The notes beneath the pieces were generated by a model. The model saw only the letters and a list, made by a program, of their open reading frames with translations, was not told the DNA's origin and did not search any database. Positions 27,294-40,200 of a stretch of DNA of 64,000 nt are shown here, piece by piece. Within the stretch, counting starts at the first letter, position 1. Each line of letters opens with the position of its first letter. Source of the stretch: Pseudomonas phage sp. 30-2; sequence record LC727697.1, one strand, 5' to 3'. A program made the translations under genes and the position numbers.

Positions 27294-30200
27294 ATGTCAC
27301 AAGACGTAAGACAATCTAATCTGTTCGCAGCGGAAGATTATAGAAAAATATATAAAAGTTTTAAGGACGTCGATTTCAAAGCATATGATTTTGATTCCTT
27401 AAAGACTGCGTTAGTTAATTATGTTCAAATTCATTATCCTGAAGATTTTAATGATTACATAGAAAGCTCTGAATTTATTGCTATTATAGAATTACTTGCA
27501 TATCTAGGAACTAGTCTTGCATTCAGAATGGATTTAAATTCTAGAGAAAACTTTATGGATACTGCTGAGCGTAGGGATAGCATTATACGTTTAGCTAGAA
27601 TGATAAACTATCAACCTAAACGAAATATACCTGCTAAAGGGTTATTTAAATTAATAGGTGTGCAAACGTCAGAACCAGTTACAGATTCTCAAGAAAGGAA
27701 TTTAAATAATAGAACTGTGTTTTGGAATGATCCAAACGATATAGATAGTTATGACAAGTTTATAACTATATTAAATGCGGCATTTGCTTCTACTAATCCA
27801 TTCGGTAGACCATTTAAAAGTGGAACAGTAGGTAATATACCTACTAGCTTATATCAATTAAACAACGTAAAAAGGGTAAACGTTGCATTTCCTATACCGA
27901 TAGTTGTTAATAATGTCTCCCTACCGTTTGAAGTAGTTAACTCAGATTTTGACGAAACATTTACGGAAAGACAACCCGATCCAGACGATGCGTTTCATGT
28001 TATATACAGGAACGATGGTCAGGGGTTAGATTCTGCAAACACAGGTTTCTTTTTGCAATTTAAACAAGGTACTCTTGCATTTAAAGATTTTGCATTCGAT
28101 TTTCCTGTTCAAAATAGAATTATAGATATAAATGATAGAAATATAAACGAAACTGATGTGTGGGTCCAAGAGATTAACGAAATTGGAACTGTTGAAGAAA
28201 AATGGACTAAGGTACCTAACGTTTCTGGCGGAACAAATATAATTTATAATAGTATTAACTTAGGTATAAGAAATATATTTGAAGTAGTTTCTAGAGTTAA
28301 TGATCAAATTTCTGTTAAATTCTCTGATGGAAATTTCGGTACTATTCCTACAGGTACATTTAGAGTATGGTATAGAGTTTCATCTAACACTACTTTTACT
28401 TTACGTCCGGAAGAAGCATCCGGGATGGAATTAGTAATACCGTATATAGGTGCGGATTCTCAACAATATGATCTTCGATTAATTTTTAGTTTAGAACAAA
28501 CTATATCTAATTCTTCGCCTACAGAAACAAACGATGAGATAAAAACCAGAGCACCGCAAGTATACTATACCCAAGATAGAATGGTAAACAACGAGGATTA
28601 TAATGTTTTCCCGTTAACGCAGGGTAGTTCTATTGCAAAAGTTCATGCTATCAATAGAACTCATTCTGGACATTCTAGATACATAGATATTAACGATCCC
28701 ACTGGATTTCATCAAAATTTAAATATTTTCGGCGAAGATGGTTCTATATACAATCAGAGTACTGTGCCTTCTACTACAGTAGCAATGGGTGATAAATTAG
28801 TTAGCGAAAATATAGTAGTTAGAAATAATTTACAGACATTTATCAGAAATCAAGATTTAATCAACTTTTATTGGAATAATTACCTAAGTGAGTATATAAG
28901 ATATAGACAAAACCCAACTCCTAACCCCATAAATACCTCTATTGTTCGTCCCGGAGTTCCTAATATATTTAGATACACTTCTACTCAAGCAAAGTGGGTA
29001 ACGTATCCGTCGTCTGATGCAACTAATACAGGATACTTAGTTAAAGGATCTACCAACTATATATATCCTACGAATTATAATAATAGACCAGAAGGGGAAT
29101 TTAGATTCCTTTCTGTCGGATCTAAAATTAAATTTACAAACGGTACAGAATATAAAGAAGTAACAGTTAAAAGTATTACTAACCCAGTGTCACAAGGGGA
29201 TGCAACTACAGATAATGAGTTTATTGCAACTAGATTAAACGCAAGTTTATTTGTATTTGATATAGAAATTCCAGCCAATTGGTATGTAGATAGTGTATAT
29301 CCTAGATATAAAACAACGTTTGATACAGAAGAAACTACAGATATAGCAAATCAACTATTTAGAAGAAATGAATTTGGATTAAAGTACGATATAGATGTAG
29401 ATCCAGAAGGTTCGTGGTTTATTGTATTGGGCGTACCCACTACAAATTTAGATAATTTTGAATTCGATTTATCTTTATCTCAACCTGCAGTTAGAAAAGA
29501 CTGGATGCTTGTTTTGACGTATTCTACCGAAACAGATAATTACACATTTTTATCAAGAGGAACAAAGTTTATATTTGAAACAAATGGTACCGTAGAATTT
29601 TACTACGATACTGACGAAACCGAATTTGATATAAACACCGGTTCTGCACAAAGAGATGAAATAGAAATATTAGGAATTAACACAGGTCCTACTATAGTAG
29701 AAAATTGGCAGTTTATCGGAAACGGTCAATGGCGTTTGGTTAACGGTATAGTTAGTTTAACATATCCCGACAACAAAATAATTTTAAAATACAGAGATAC
29801 TTTACCTAAAGAAATTCAGTATTGGCAAAACGGCATATTATTACCGGGTGCATTGCCAACCGGAGCTGCATCTGCTGGCGTTTTAGATGCAGAATATGTA
29901 GGGCAACAAGTTAACGATATTATACGAATATTTTATTCTAATCAAGGCCAATTGGGTAATTCTATTGTCTGGAATTCTTTCCAAACATTTATAGAATCTG
30001 ACGGCTATAGTGATCCCAGAAAAATAGTAGTAGTTCCTGCAGACAGAGATAGAGACGGTATACCAGATAATACTTTTATTTTTGAACAATTTGTTTCACC
30101 TACGGATTTAGTTTTTCACGAAAAAACCACAGATTACGACGGGTATGAATATAATAGATTATGGCAAGCATCTTGGTTAGATCTTCGCCAACAGAATCCT

Positions 30201-31253
30201 AATAGTTTAGATTTTAATTATAATGATGTTGTTGCAAGGGACTTAGTTTTAATTGCAAGTGCAGCAGAATCATCTTTTAAATCATTGCTAAGGACTAAAG
30301 TATTAGAAGCAATATATTCTGATAATTATAATAGTAATAATAGTGTTGATGGGACAACTATTTTTATAGAACGCATAGAAAATGACGGAATAAATATTGT
30401 AACACAGAATTTAGATTCTCCTGGTAGTCGTATTTTTGAAACAATACGCATTAACAATGGAAATAATCAAACTATTAACGAAATAACAGGTATAACCGCA
30501 GCAAAGGCTAATTCGTCTTCATTAGCACAGTTTATGACATTAACTGCAAGTTATGCTGTATTATCATATGTGTTTGATGATGACCATAGTGTTAGTAACG
30601 GAAGGGGTTATACACAGAATGAGGATTCTCAGTTTTATCCGTTGCATTATAAATGGAAACATTATGCTCCTTCAGATAACAGAATAGATCCTAGTATAAG
30701 TAATATTGTAGATATGGTAACTTTAACACAATCGTATTATGACGATATCCTTAAATGGAAAAATCAAAATTTACCTATCGAACGTTTCCCTGAATCGCCT
30801 ACTACTGAAGAACTAAGAATACAATTTGGTGATCTTAGTACATACAAAATGCTGTCAGACCAAATTGTATTCCAGCCTGCTAGATTTAAAGTATTATTTG
30901 GTCAGCAAGCAAGAGAAGAATACAAATGTACATTCAAAGTAGTTAAAGTAGGTTCCACTACTTTAACTGATAACGAAATAAAATCTAAAGTTGTTTCTGC
31001 AATAGACGAATATTTTAACATAAACAACTGGGATTTCGGTGAATCATTCTATTATACAGAATTAGCAGCATACATTCACCAAACCCTAGCGGGAGTTATA
31101 GGTTCGGTTGTTATAGTACCTATAGAACAAACTTCTAAATTTGGTAATTTATTCCAAATTAGAGCAGAATCGGATGAATTGTTTATATCTACTGCAACTG
31201 TAGCTAATGTAGAGATAGTAAATAACTTAACAGAAATGAATATGAGAATTTAA
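27294..31253 (+). CDS. 6: Baseplate wedge protein, gp6/gpJ family, expanded to 1319 aa
   Basis: 'EFIAIIELLAYLGTSLAFRMDLNSRENFMDTAERRDSIIRLARMINYQP' against T4 gp6 'LNVLCDLLAYNTLYIQQFGNAAVYESFMRTANLRSSVVQAAQDNGYLP'. Sits directly after gp25, as in P2 W-J. Confidence 0.65.
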   Translation: MSQDVRQSNLFAAEDYRKIYKSFKDVDFKAYDFDSLKTALVNYVQIHYPEDFNDYIESSEFIAIIELLAYLGTSLAFRMDLNSRENFMDTAERRDSIIRLARMINYQPKRNIPAKGLFKLIGVQTSEPVTDSQERNLNNRTVFWNDPNDIDSYDKFITILNAAFASTNPFGRPFKSGTVGNIPTSLYQLNNVKRVNVAFPIPIVVNNVSLPFEVVNSDFDETFTERQPDPDDAFHVIYRNDGQGLDSANTGFFLQFKQGTLAFKDFAFDFPVQNRIIDINDRNINETDVWVQEINEIGTVEEKWTKVPNVSGGTNIIYNSINLGIRNIFEVVSRVNDQISVKFSDGNFGTIPTGTFRVWYRVSSNTTFTLRPEEASGMELVIPYIGADSQQYDLRLIFSLEQTISNSSPTETNDEIKTRAPQVYYTQDRMVNNEDYNVFPLTQGSSIAKVHAINRTHSGHSRYIDINDPTGFHQNLNIFGEDGSIYNQSTVPSTTVAMGDKLVSENIVVRNNLQTFIRNQDLINFYWNNYLSEYIRYRQNPTPNPINTSIVRPGVPNIFRYTSTQAKWVTYPSSDATNTGYLVKGSTNYIYPTNYNNRPEGEFRFLSVGSKIKFTNGTEYKEVTVKSITNPVSQGDATTDNEFIATRLNASLFVFDIEIPANWYVDSVYPRYKTTFDTEETTDIANQLFRRNEFGLKYDIDVDPEGSWFIVLGVPTTNLDNFEFDLSLSQPAVRKDWMLVLTYSTETDNYTFLSRGTKFIFETNGTVEFYYDTDETEFDINTGSAQRDEIEILGINTGPTIVENWQFIGNGQWRLVNGIVSLTYPDNKIILKYRDTLPKEIQYWQNGILLPGALPTGAASAGVLDAEYVGQQVNDIIRIFYSNQGQLGNSIVWNSFQTFIESDGYSDPRKIVVVPADRDRDGIPDNTFIFEQFVSPTDLVFHEKTTDYDGYEYNRLWQASWLDLRQQNPNSLDFNYNDVVARDLVLIASAAESSFKSLLRTKVLEAIYSDNYNSNNSVDGTTIFIERIENDGINIVTQNLDSPGSRIFETIRINNGNNQTINEITGITAAKANSSSLAQFMTLTASYAVLSYVFDDDHSVSNGRGYTQNEDSQFYPLHYKWKHYAPSDNRIDPSISNIVDMVTLTQSYYDDILKWKNQNLPIERFPESPTTEELRIQFGDLSTYKMLSDQIVFQPARFKVLFGQQAREEYKCTFKVVKVGSTTLTDNEIKSKVVSAIDEYFNINNWDFGESFYYTELAAYIHQTLAGVIGSVVIVPIEQTSKFGNLFQIRAESDELFISTATVANVEIVNNLTEMNMRI

Positions 31254-31259
31254 CCAAAA

Positions 31260-34200
31260 ATGGCAACATTAAAAACGTTTAACAAGTTACCTGGTATATT
31301 TAGAACAGATACCCAAAAAAGATTCTTTTTAGCTACATTTGAGCAACTATTTTCTAAAAAGAATGTAGAGGATATAACTGCTTACATAGGTAGAAGAGTT
31401 CCTGGTAGACATGATCCTATAAACGATTATTACTTAGCAGAACCTACTAAAGAACGGACTTGGTATCAGTTAGAAGCAACCTCGTATAGTATTGATTCTA
31501 CTACGTTAGATCAAACAAATATAATGTTTTACCAAGACTTGTTAAACAGGTTAAATTATTATGGTGCCAATACAAAGAATAATGACACTTTATTTTCTGG
31601 CGGATATTATTCTTTCGGTCCGCCGATAGATTTAGATAAATTTATAAATTTCCAAAATTATTATTGGATAGAAGATCGGCTGCCTGTTATTATGTTAACA
31701 GTAGAAAACGAAAGTGGTATAAACGCAGACGAATGGATAATAAACAATATAATAGGAAAAAAGAACGCCAGTATAACATTAGAAAACGGTAATACTATTC
31801 AGCTTTCTAACGGACTCAGAATACAATATACTAACTCGTCTTCATTTAATAGACCATTAACTGTAGAAGGTGTCGGAAAAGGTATTATTTTAGTAAAAGA
31901 TGAATCTCACTTAGTAGATACTGTTGGCTCTGTAGATTATATCACTATAGAACGCGGCTGCAGAGATGGCAACGCATGGTCCCGCACTAACAAATGGTAT
32001 CATAAATCTGTAATGGCAACTTCTGCCTCTGCAACCAATACATCTACGTATAACAACGCAGTTAAGGCAAGAAGACCTATTATAGAGTTTGATAGAGATA
32101 TAGAGTTATTTAAATCTGGAAATAATTACTTAGGTGAAGTTAATCTAGTAGCCGAGTCTGATAGTATTTCTAGTATATCAAATTCTGCATCATACACTAT
32201 TGATGGAAAACTATTAGAAGATCAAGATAAGTTAATTTTCTTATCTAATAGCACAATAACTTATCCAATTGTAGATACATTTATTGCAGATGCAGCGCCA
32301 TACAATATAATATTACGAAAACCATTTACTGATACAGATGATATATTTGTAATTGTAAAACGTGGTAACAAAATGTTTTACAATCCCGAATGGTATTCGT
32401 ACGAAGATGAATTAAACCAAATGAATTTCATTGCAGACACAAAAGGATTGCAATGGAATCCCATTTCGTATGATATAAACAATGTTAGTTTTGAAAACAT
32501 AACAAATGGCGTTGAATATAAATTTTATACACCATCTAGCGTAGGAACTATTAAGACTATAGATGTAGTTAACAGAGGAACATCTATAAGACAGCCGAGA
32601 ACTTCGTTTACATTTAATGTAGAAACATTAAATACACCTGTTGGTAAGAATAATAGCATTGTAACCATTACAGGAACTACCTTACCTACTAATTTAGCAT
32701 TTGATGTAATCATAAATGATAACATAGATGGGTTATTGCCTGGTGACCAAGTAGAAATAAATGTAAACAATAAAGTAAACATGTATAAGAAGCCTGCTGC
32801 TGAAGCAATAGAAGGCCCAGGCGCCAGAAGAACATTTTTATTTAATAATGATTTTACTTTTAATTTTACTCAACAAAATATAGGTAATCATATAATAGGT
32901 ATTCAAATAGATGCATATACAAGAGATGCAAACAATGATCCAGTATCGTATGACTACTTATATAATCCTGCAGATGATTTTGTTAGTTTTACAATAGAAC
33001 AAGATAATGCACTATTAGTAGAATTTAAAAATATAGTGCCCGACGATAGTATTGTTAAATTAATAGTAAGAGATAACGAAACTCTTACACTAAATGCAAC
33101 AGACTATATATGGAAAATAGTTAAAGTAGAACAGCCAGACAATACTGTAGTAAACAGTATAATCCCTGTTCCTAACAAATACACAAAAGTTGCTAAAGGA
33201 GATGTAGTATTAGTAACTGAAGGAGATACATTTGCAGGAGACATGTTCTATTATACTGGAGTACAATGGGAAAGGACTTATAATAGAAAAACAAATGCTA
33301 ACCAAGCTCCTTTATTTAATTTATATTATACCGATTTAGACTCTAATAACAATGCAATTTCGTTGGATAGTTTCCCGCAATCTACATTTGCTGGATCTAA
33401 GATTTTTTCGTATAAAATAAATGAAGAAAGTGCATACGACGATGAAATACTAGGATTTCCTATTGAAGTAAAAAACTTAGGTCAAATATCCGATATTGTG
33501 TTTAGACACGATCTTCACATGGATGTATTCCAATACTTTAACGGAAATGAATTCGAACCAATAAAAGGTTATTATTATTTTAAACAATGGAATTATACAA
33601 TATCTGGCTCTAATCCCACATATGAGCATACCTGGGTGCCATTTGACGGAAATTCTAAACAAAGAGTAATAGATAGATTTGTAGTATCGGATTCTTCGCA
33701 AAAAGAATACGAACTAAGCGTAACACCCGAAGAATTGGAACCGGGTATATTTGACATAAGAGTAGAATACAATAAATCTACCCTTGCACAGAATGTGGAA
33801 TTTACTATAGTCCTAGATAACGACGGGAAACCTACTAAAACTATAAAAATATTGAGATCACTCTCTGCAACTGATGTTATTCAAACATACACCTATTCTA
33901 AAGAAGCTTTGCCAGATAACGCACTAGGGTATTATCAAATTCCACAACAATTAGAGAATAACCCTAACAACTTAGAAGTAAATGAATACTCGTCGAATGA
34001 GTTAACAAACCATTTTGTTAGTATAATGACTAATCAAATAGGATTTAAAGGAGATCCTTATAGTTCTAATAATAATTACAGAGATACTGCTGAAGACAAA
34101 TCTTTAGGTACATTTATTCTACAAAACAGAAGTCCATTGTTAAAAACAATGCTTGTATCTTCTAGCGAAGAATTAAATATAAATTCTGCTATAAGATTTG

Positions 34201-37200
34201 CACGCGACGAGTATACTAGATATAAAGATAAGTTCATAAAATATGCAAAAGAATTAATAGCAGCGCCTTTAAATCAAAATACAAACCCAGTAAACATAGA
34301 TGCATTGTTTACGTATGTGATAAATCGCGTTACTAGTACGTTCGAATACAATGGTGCCTTCACACAGTCATATATGGCTGCATGGGGTGATGTATACGAT
34401 GAATACAATTTCTCTAGCGCATCGGTAGGAAATACATTATTGGTGCCGACTAATAACATATTAGGTAAAATGGATTCTTCTGTTCTTGTATTTAGAAGAT
34501 CTGGTACTTCTGTTGATTACAATACATTAACAATAGATAAAGACTATACACTATCGTATTCTAATAATAATTTAGTTGTTAAACTGTCTAGCACACTTTC
34601 GAATACGTCGTATATTGTTCGTATATACAATAACATACTTTCTGCAAAAATACCTGCAACACCTTCTAAAATAGGATGTTATCCTGTATATCAACCTAAA
34701 ATAATTGTAGATACTAGTTATGTTACTCCTACAGAAGTAATTTTAGGTCATGATGGTTCTAAAATACCCACCTACGGCGATATTAGGGATGATCTATTAT
34801 TAGAATTCGAAACAAGAATATATAACAATATTGCCGACAAATTTAGACTAGATTACAATTTATTACTTAAATTAGACGATGTAAAACCGACAAAATTTTA
34901 TGAAAACGGGTATACTCTGCAACAATATAATGAAATAGTAAAACCTTATTTCTTAAAATGGTGTTTAAAGAATAGTCTTAATTATAAATTATATTCTGGA
35001 TTTAATTCGTTAAACTGGAAAACCTGGAATTATCGTCCGGTTAGTAACGATTCTATCGGATCTTGGCGCGGATTATACAAATACTACTATAACACACTAA
35101 CACCTAATAAAACACCATGGGAAATGTTAGGGTTTGTAGAAAAGCCGACCTGGTGGGATGAAGAATATAATGGAGATTATACTTCACAAAATACTGATAT
35201 GTGGACTGACATTGAAAACGGTATAATTCGCCGTGGCAATAGAGCAGGCACCCATGAAAAGTATAAAAGGACTGGATTAGTTCCAAATCTAATACCGTCA
35301 GATACTTCTGGTGATTTAAAAACACCAGAGGAGTTAGGTATAGTTCCGCAGCTTTCTAATCAAGAAATAGAAACACTTCAAGACGAATGGATATTCGGGG
35401 ACAATAGTCCTGTAGAAGAAGCATGGTATACTAATTCGGAATGGCCATTTGTTCAGTTAGAATTGTTATATTTAATGAAACCTGCAGATTTCGGAGAAAG
35501 ATACTGGAATCCACTTGACGATACAAGAGCATCCATAAACGCGAAGCAGTATATATCAAGTTCTACGTATACCAGAATTGCTAATAGTAACACATATGCC
35601 CACGGCGAAGTAGTAAATGGAAATATAGTGTTAAACTCTGGATATCAACAATATGTATTTGATAGATTGTCCTTCATGGGTAAACAAGATATTACATACA
35701 ATTTCGGTAGTAAGATACGTTCGTTAGATGTTTGTTTAGCACATAGACTTGCAGGATATACTAATGTAGATACATTGAATGTATATGCCGATAGTATATC
35801 CGGTGGCTCTACTAATTCTAGCATGTTGTTACCTAACGAAAATATACATGTAAGAGTATACACCGGCAAACCTATAACCGAATACGTATTCAGCGGTGTT
35901 GCAATACGTGTAAACGAATATGGTAAATTTGAAGTAAGAGGATATGATGTATTAAATCCTGTATTTAAAGTTGTTCCTAGAAGTACGTTAGTATCTGGAA
36001 CTACAATAAATGTAGGCGGAACAACTTCTAATTTCACAATTTATGACACTAATGTTCAGTACAATTACGGAGATGTAGTTCGATACAATGGAGTCTACTA
36101 TCAATGCGTTGTCATTGCAGCACAAGGAAAATTTAATCAAGATAACTGGATGCGTCTAAAATCGCTTCCTGCAACTGGCGGTATAACAGTAAACTATATT
36201 AATGAAGGTGATTATAGCGAATTCTACGAAATAGAATACGGAAGTGAATTAGATACTCCTCAGGATGTATTTGATTTCCTAATAGGATATGGTCAGTATT
36301 TAGAATTAAACGGATGGAAATTTAACGAAATAGACCAAACTACAGGAGAAGTATTAAATTGGGTTACTTCTGCTAAGGGATTCTTATTCTGGGCAACTAC
36401 TCAATGGGCACCAAATAACACTTTATTCGTCGCACCTGGCGCTTCTAAAATTACATTAGAAGTAAACGAAGGTTATCCTGAGAAGGTAGAAAGAATATCA
36501 AATGGTGTTTATAGTATATTAGATCAAAACGGATATGCCATATCGCCCAATGATACTATTATAGATAGGGACAGAAGAACTATCTCTGTATCTCACGAAA
36601 GCGATCAAATTGGAATATATCTATTCCGTGTTTCTACAAGCGATACAGAACACGCTATATTATTTGATAACAAAACTATATTTAATGATACTATATACGA
36701 TCCGTTACTATACTCTAGGCAAAAAAGACTTCAGTTGCGCGGCATTCGCACAAACGATTGGTACGGTAAATTTGAGGCGGATGGTTATTTAATACAAGAT
36801 GATAATCTATTACAAAACTTTGAAAATTTAACTGATTCGATATGGCATTATTACGATACTGAAAATACATTAGATAATCCTATAATAGAACAAACTGCTA
36901 GACATTTAATAGGATTCCAAGATAGAGAGTATTTAAACAATCTACGTATTACAGGCGATCAGCAATATCTATTCTATAAAGGCATGATTTCTCAGAAAGG
37001 TACAAAGCAGTCTGTAGATAAACTCTTACGATCTGAATTTATTAAAAGTAATGAAAATATTCAGATTTACGAGGAATTTGCATTTAAGTTAGCAGATTTT
37101 GGTGCTACTAATAGTAATGCACAATTAGAAGTATTAATTGACGGCGATTTAGTAAAAAGTGATCCGCAAATAGTAGAATTATCATATCCTGTATCATATG

Positions 37201-40200
37201 GTACAGGTAAAGTTTCTGAAGTTAGAGTATTAAGTTCAGAAATGATTTATACTACTACACCTATAATAGTATTTGCTACACCCGAAGAAGCTAATGCTGG
37301 CTTAGATCCTAATGTAGATGCATATTTGCAAGGCAATCAATTAAATAGCCCCAATAATAGTATTGTAGAGGAAATTAGAGCAACAGGACAGGTTGTATTA
37401 AAAAATGGAAGAATTGATTCTGTTACTATAACTGAACCGGGATACGGTTATATAAAACCTCCCAAAATAGCAATAATTTATAACCAGACTGTCATAACTA
37501 TCGATAAGTTAATTTCTATTATAAAAAATAAAATAGACGAAGATAGTCCATATGATATGATTATTACTATAGATAGCGATGACAACGAGCGTTGGCTATC
37601 TAAACCTAATGGCAGAATGCCAGTAATTGTAGGTAATGAGATTAAGTATAATGATAGATTAGTTCCTACTACAAAACAGCTAGACGGAAATATACCTACA
37701 GCTGGGTATGTAAACACCAAAGATGTTACTCATCAAATACTATATCCTAAAAATATATTTACATTGTGGGAAAGAAAAGATGTTTCTAAACCGAGTCTAA
37801 CTAGTTACATTTGGGTAGGTAATGCCTCGTCAGTAGGTATCGACTGGGGTGTATTTGTTATATACTCTGGACTAACACCTGCTACTAATGCGCTATATCC
37901 GTATTGTGTTATAAACAATATGGTATATTCGTATACTGTAGATTCGGACGGTGTTATAGATGCAATATTTGATAAAGAAGGTAAACAAGTAACTAATGTA
38001 CCTATACAGAATCCTTTATTCTTTAAAAATGTGAGATTTAAAAATAATGCAACTGTTAACGTAACATCAGGTAAAGTATGGATTGATAGTATAAATTCAG
38101 ATAATGACTGGGCTGTTGCTGTTGTTTCCGGATCTACTATAACAAATATTCGTTCTAGACAAAATTTAGTAGATAGTAAATTATTTGAAAATGCATACTT
38201 CTATGATAAAGACACTAAACAAACTATAGATTTTCTACCAGTTTACGATCCAGTTAAAGGATTAATACCCGGAACTGCTGATAGAAACATTCACTATAAA
38301 TCAGAAATAGATCCTACTACATATTCTGTTTCGGCTAATTCTGCAAATATAGACGACGAATTAGCATTTACAGATTCTGAAGTGGGGAGATTATGGTGGG
38401 ATACATCTACTTGCAGGTATTTACAATATGAACAACCCGGAAAACTAGATGGATCTGAAACCAAAGAACAAATTCTAGAATATAGAAGAGATAATTGGGG
38501 TAAACTATTCCCGGGTTCAGTAATAAATGTCTACGAATGGGTTTCAAGTCCGTTTACGCCTGATTTATACAACGGCACTGGCACACCGAAATCGTTAACA
38601 GATTATGTTGTCAGGTATGACACTAATTCTGCAGGCCAAGCAACACCTATATATTATTATTGGGTAAAAGGTAAACAAGAAATACCTAATAATATAAAAA
38701 GTAGAAATATGACTTCTACTAGTGTAGAGAATCTTATAACTAATCCTAAATCACAGGGTTATAAATGGTTCTCGTTTATAGGAAATAATTCGTTTGTATT
38801 TTCTAATGTATCAAAAACTATTAATGGAAAAACACCAGTATTCCAGGTTAATTATAGATACACTAAAAATATAAACGAGAAACATACAGAATGGAAACTA
38901 CTAAGGGAAGGCGACGAAGTTTCGGTTATCCCTACATATCTATGGAATAGATTAGTAGATAGTTTAGTTGGATATAACATAAACGGAGATATAGTTCCTG
39001 ACCCTACGTTGTCTGAATTTAGTAAATTGGGTATAAAAGTAAGACCTAGACAATCTATGATAGATAATAGAATGGCAGCAAGAAAAGTATTTGTTCAAAA
39101 TGCAAACAGTCTTCTGTCTACTATATCTATAAAAGATTTTAATCCTGCATGGGCTGACGGATTAGCGTCTTCTGTTCTTTGGAGATATGTAAACTGGTAT
39201 GCCGACGGATTTAATCAATTTAATACAACACCTGTAAAACAGGTGTCTACTGTAGGTGAATTAACGGGACTTGTAGGAAAACTAAAAGACGGCGATATAG
39301 TTAAATTAGTAAGACCTGAAGAATTTACACTTTATCAATACAGTAATCAAAATTTTACGCTAATTGGACGTCAGAACAGTGCTATTCAGTTGTTGCCTGC
39401 AATCTATACAGTATCTAGATCATATACAAATGATAATGCACTGCGAGAACTAATATTTGCTCTTTATAACAATGTATTTAAAGACGCAAACTTAGTAATG
39501 AGGAACTTAGTGTTCTTTGCGTTAATAAATTATATTTTATCTGAGCAACAAAACTTAGATTGGGTATTCAAGACTACTTATATAAAAGTTAATCAAGAAG
39601 GAGAAAGTTTAACTCAGCAAGAATCGGTTACAACTGATCCTATACAGAGTTTTATTTCTTATATAAAAGAAATTAAACCGTATACTACAAAAATAAGAGA
39701 CTTAGGGGTAAAATATAATGTTCCTATGGATATCGCGAACGGAACAGCGTATGACTATGATTCATTATATGATTGGCCAGACGATCACGAGGGAGAACAA
39801 GCACCATTCCGTCCGATAGAAGTACCCAGATTATTTGATATAAATTCGTTATACGATCGAGTACAATGCGGTTACATAACTAAACCGAATTATATAGACT
39901 TAGGCGACCAAACATTTATCGGTACCGGTGGCCAAGTAGTTCTTATAGCAAATACTCCTAATGATGAATTTATAGCATTAGATGGAATTTCTCAATATCA
40001 ATTAGGTGCTAATAAAGATATTTCTAGAATAACATCTGTAACAATAAATGGGCAAGAAATAGAAGGTTACACATTCACTACAATATTAAATGCAACATTT
40101 ATAATACTTCCTTCTACTCCTGATGCAGGTGATGTAATAATAGTAAACTACACCGATATAAAATCTGTTTGGAAAATTAAGGTAGATGGAAAAACTATTA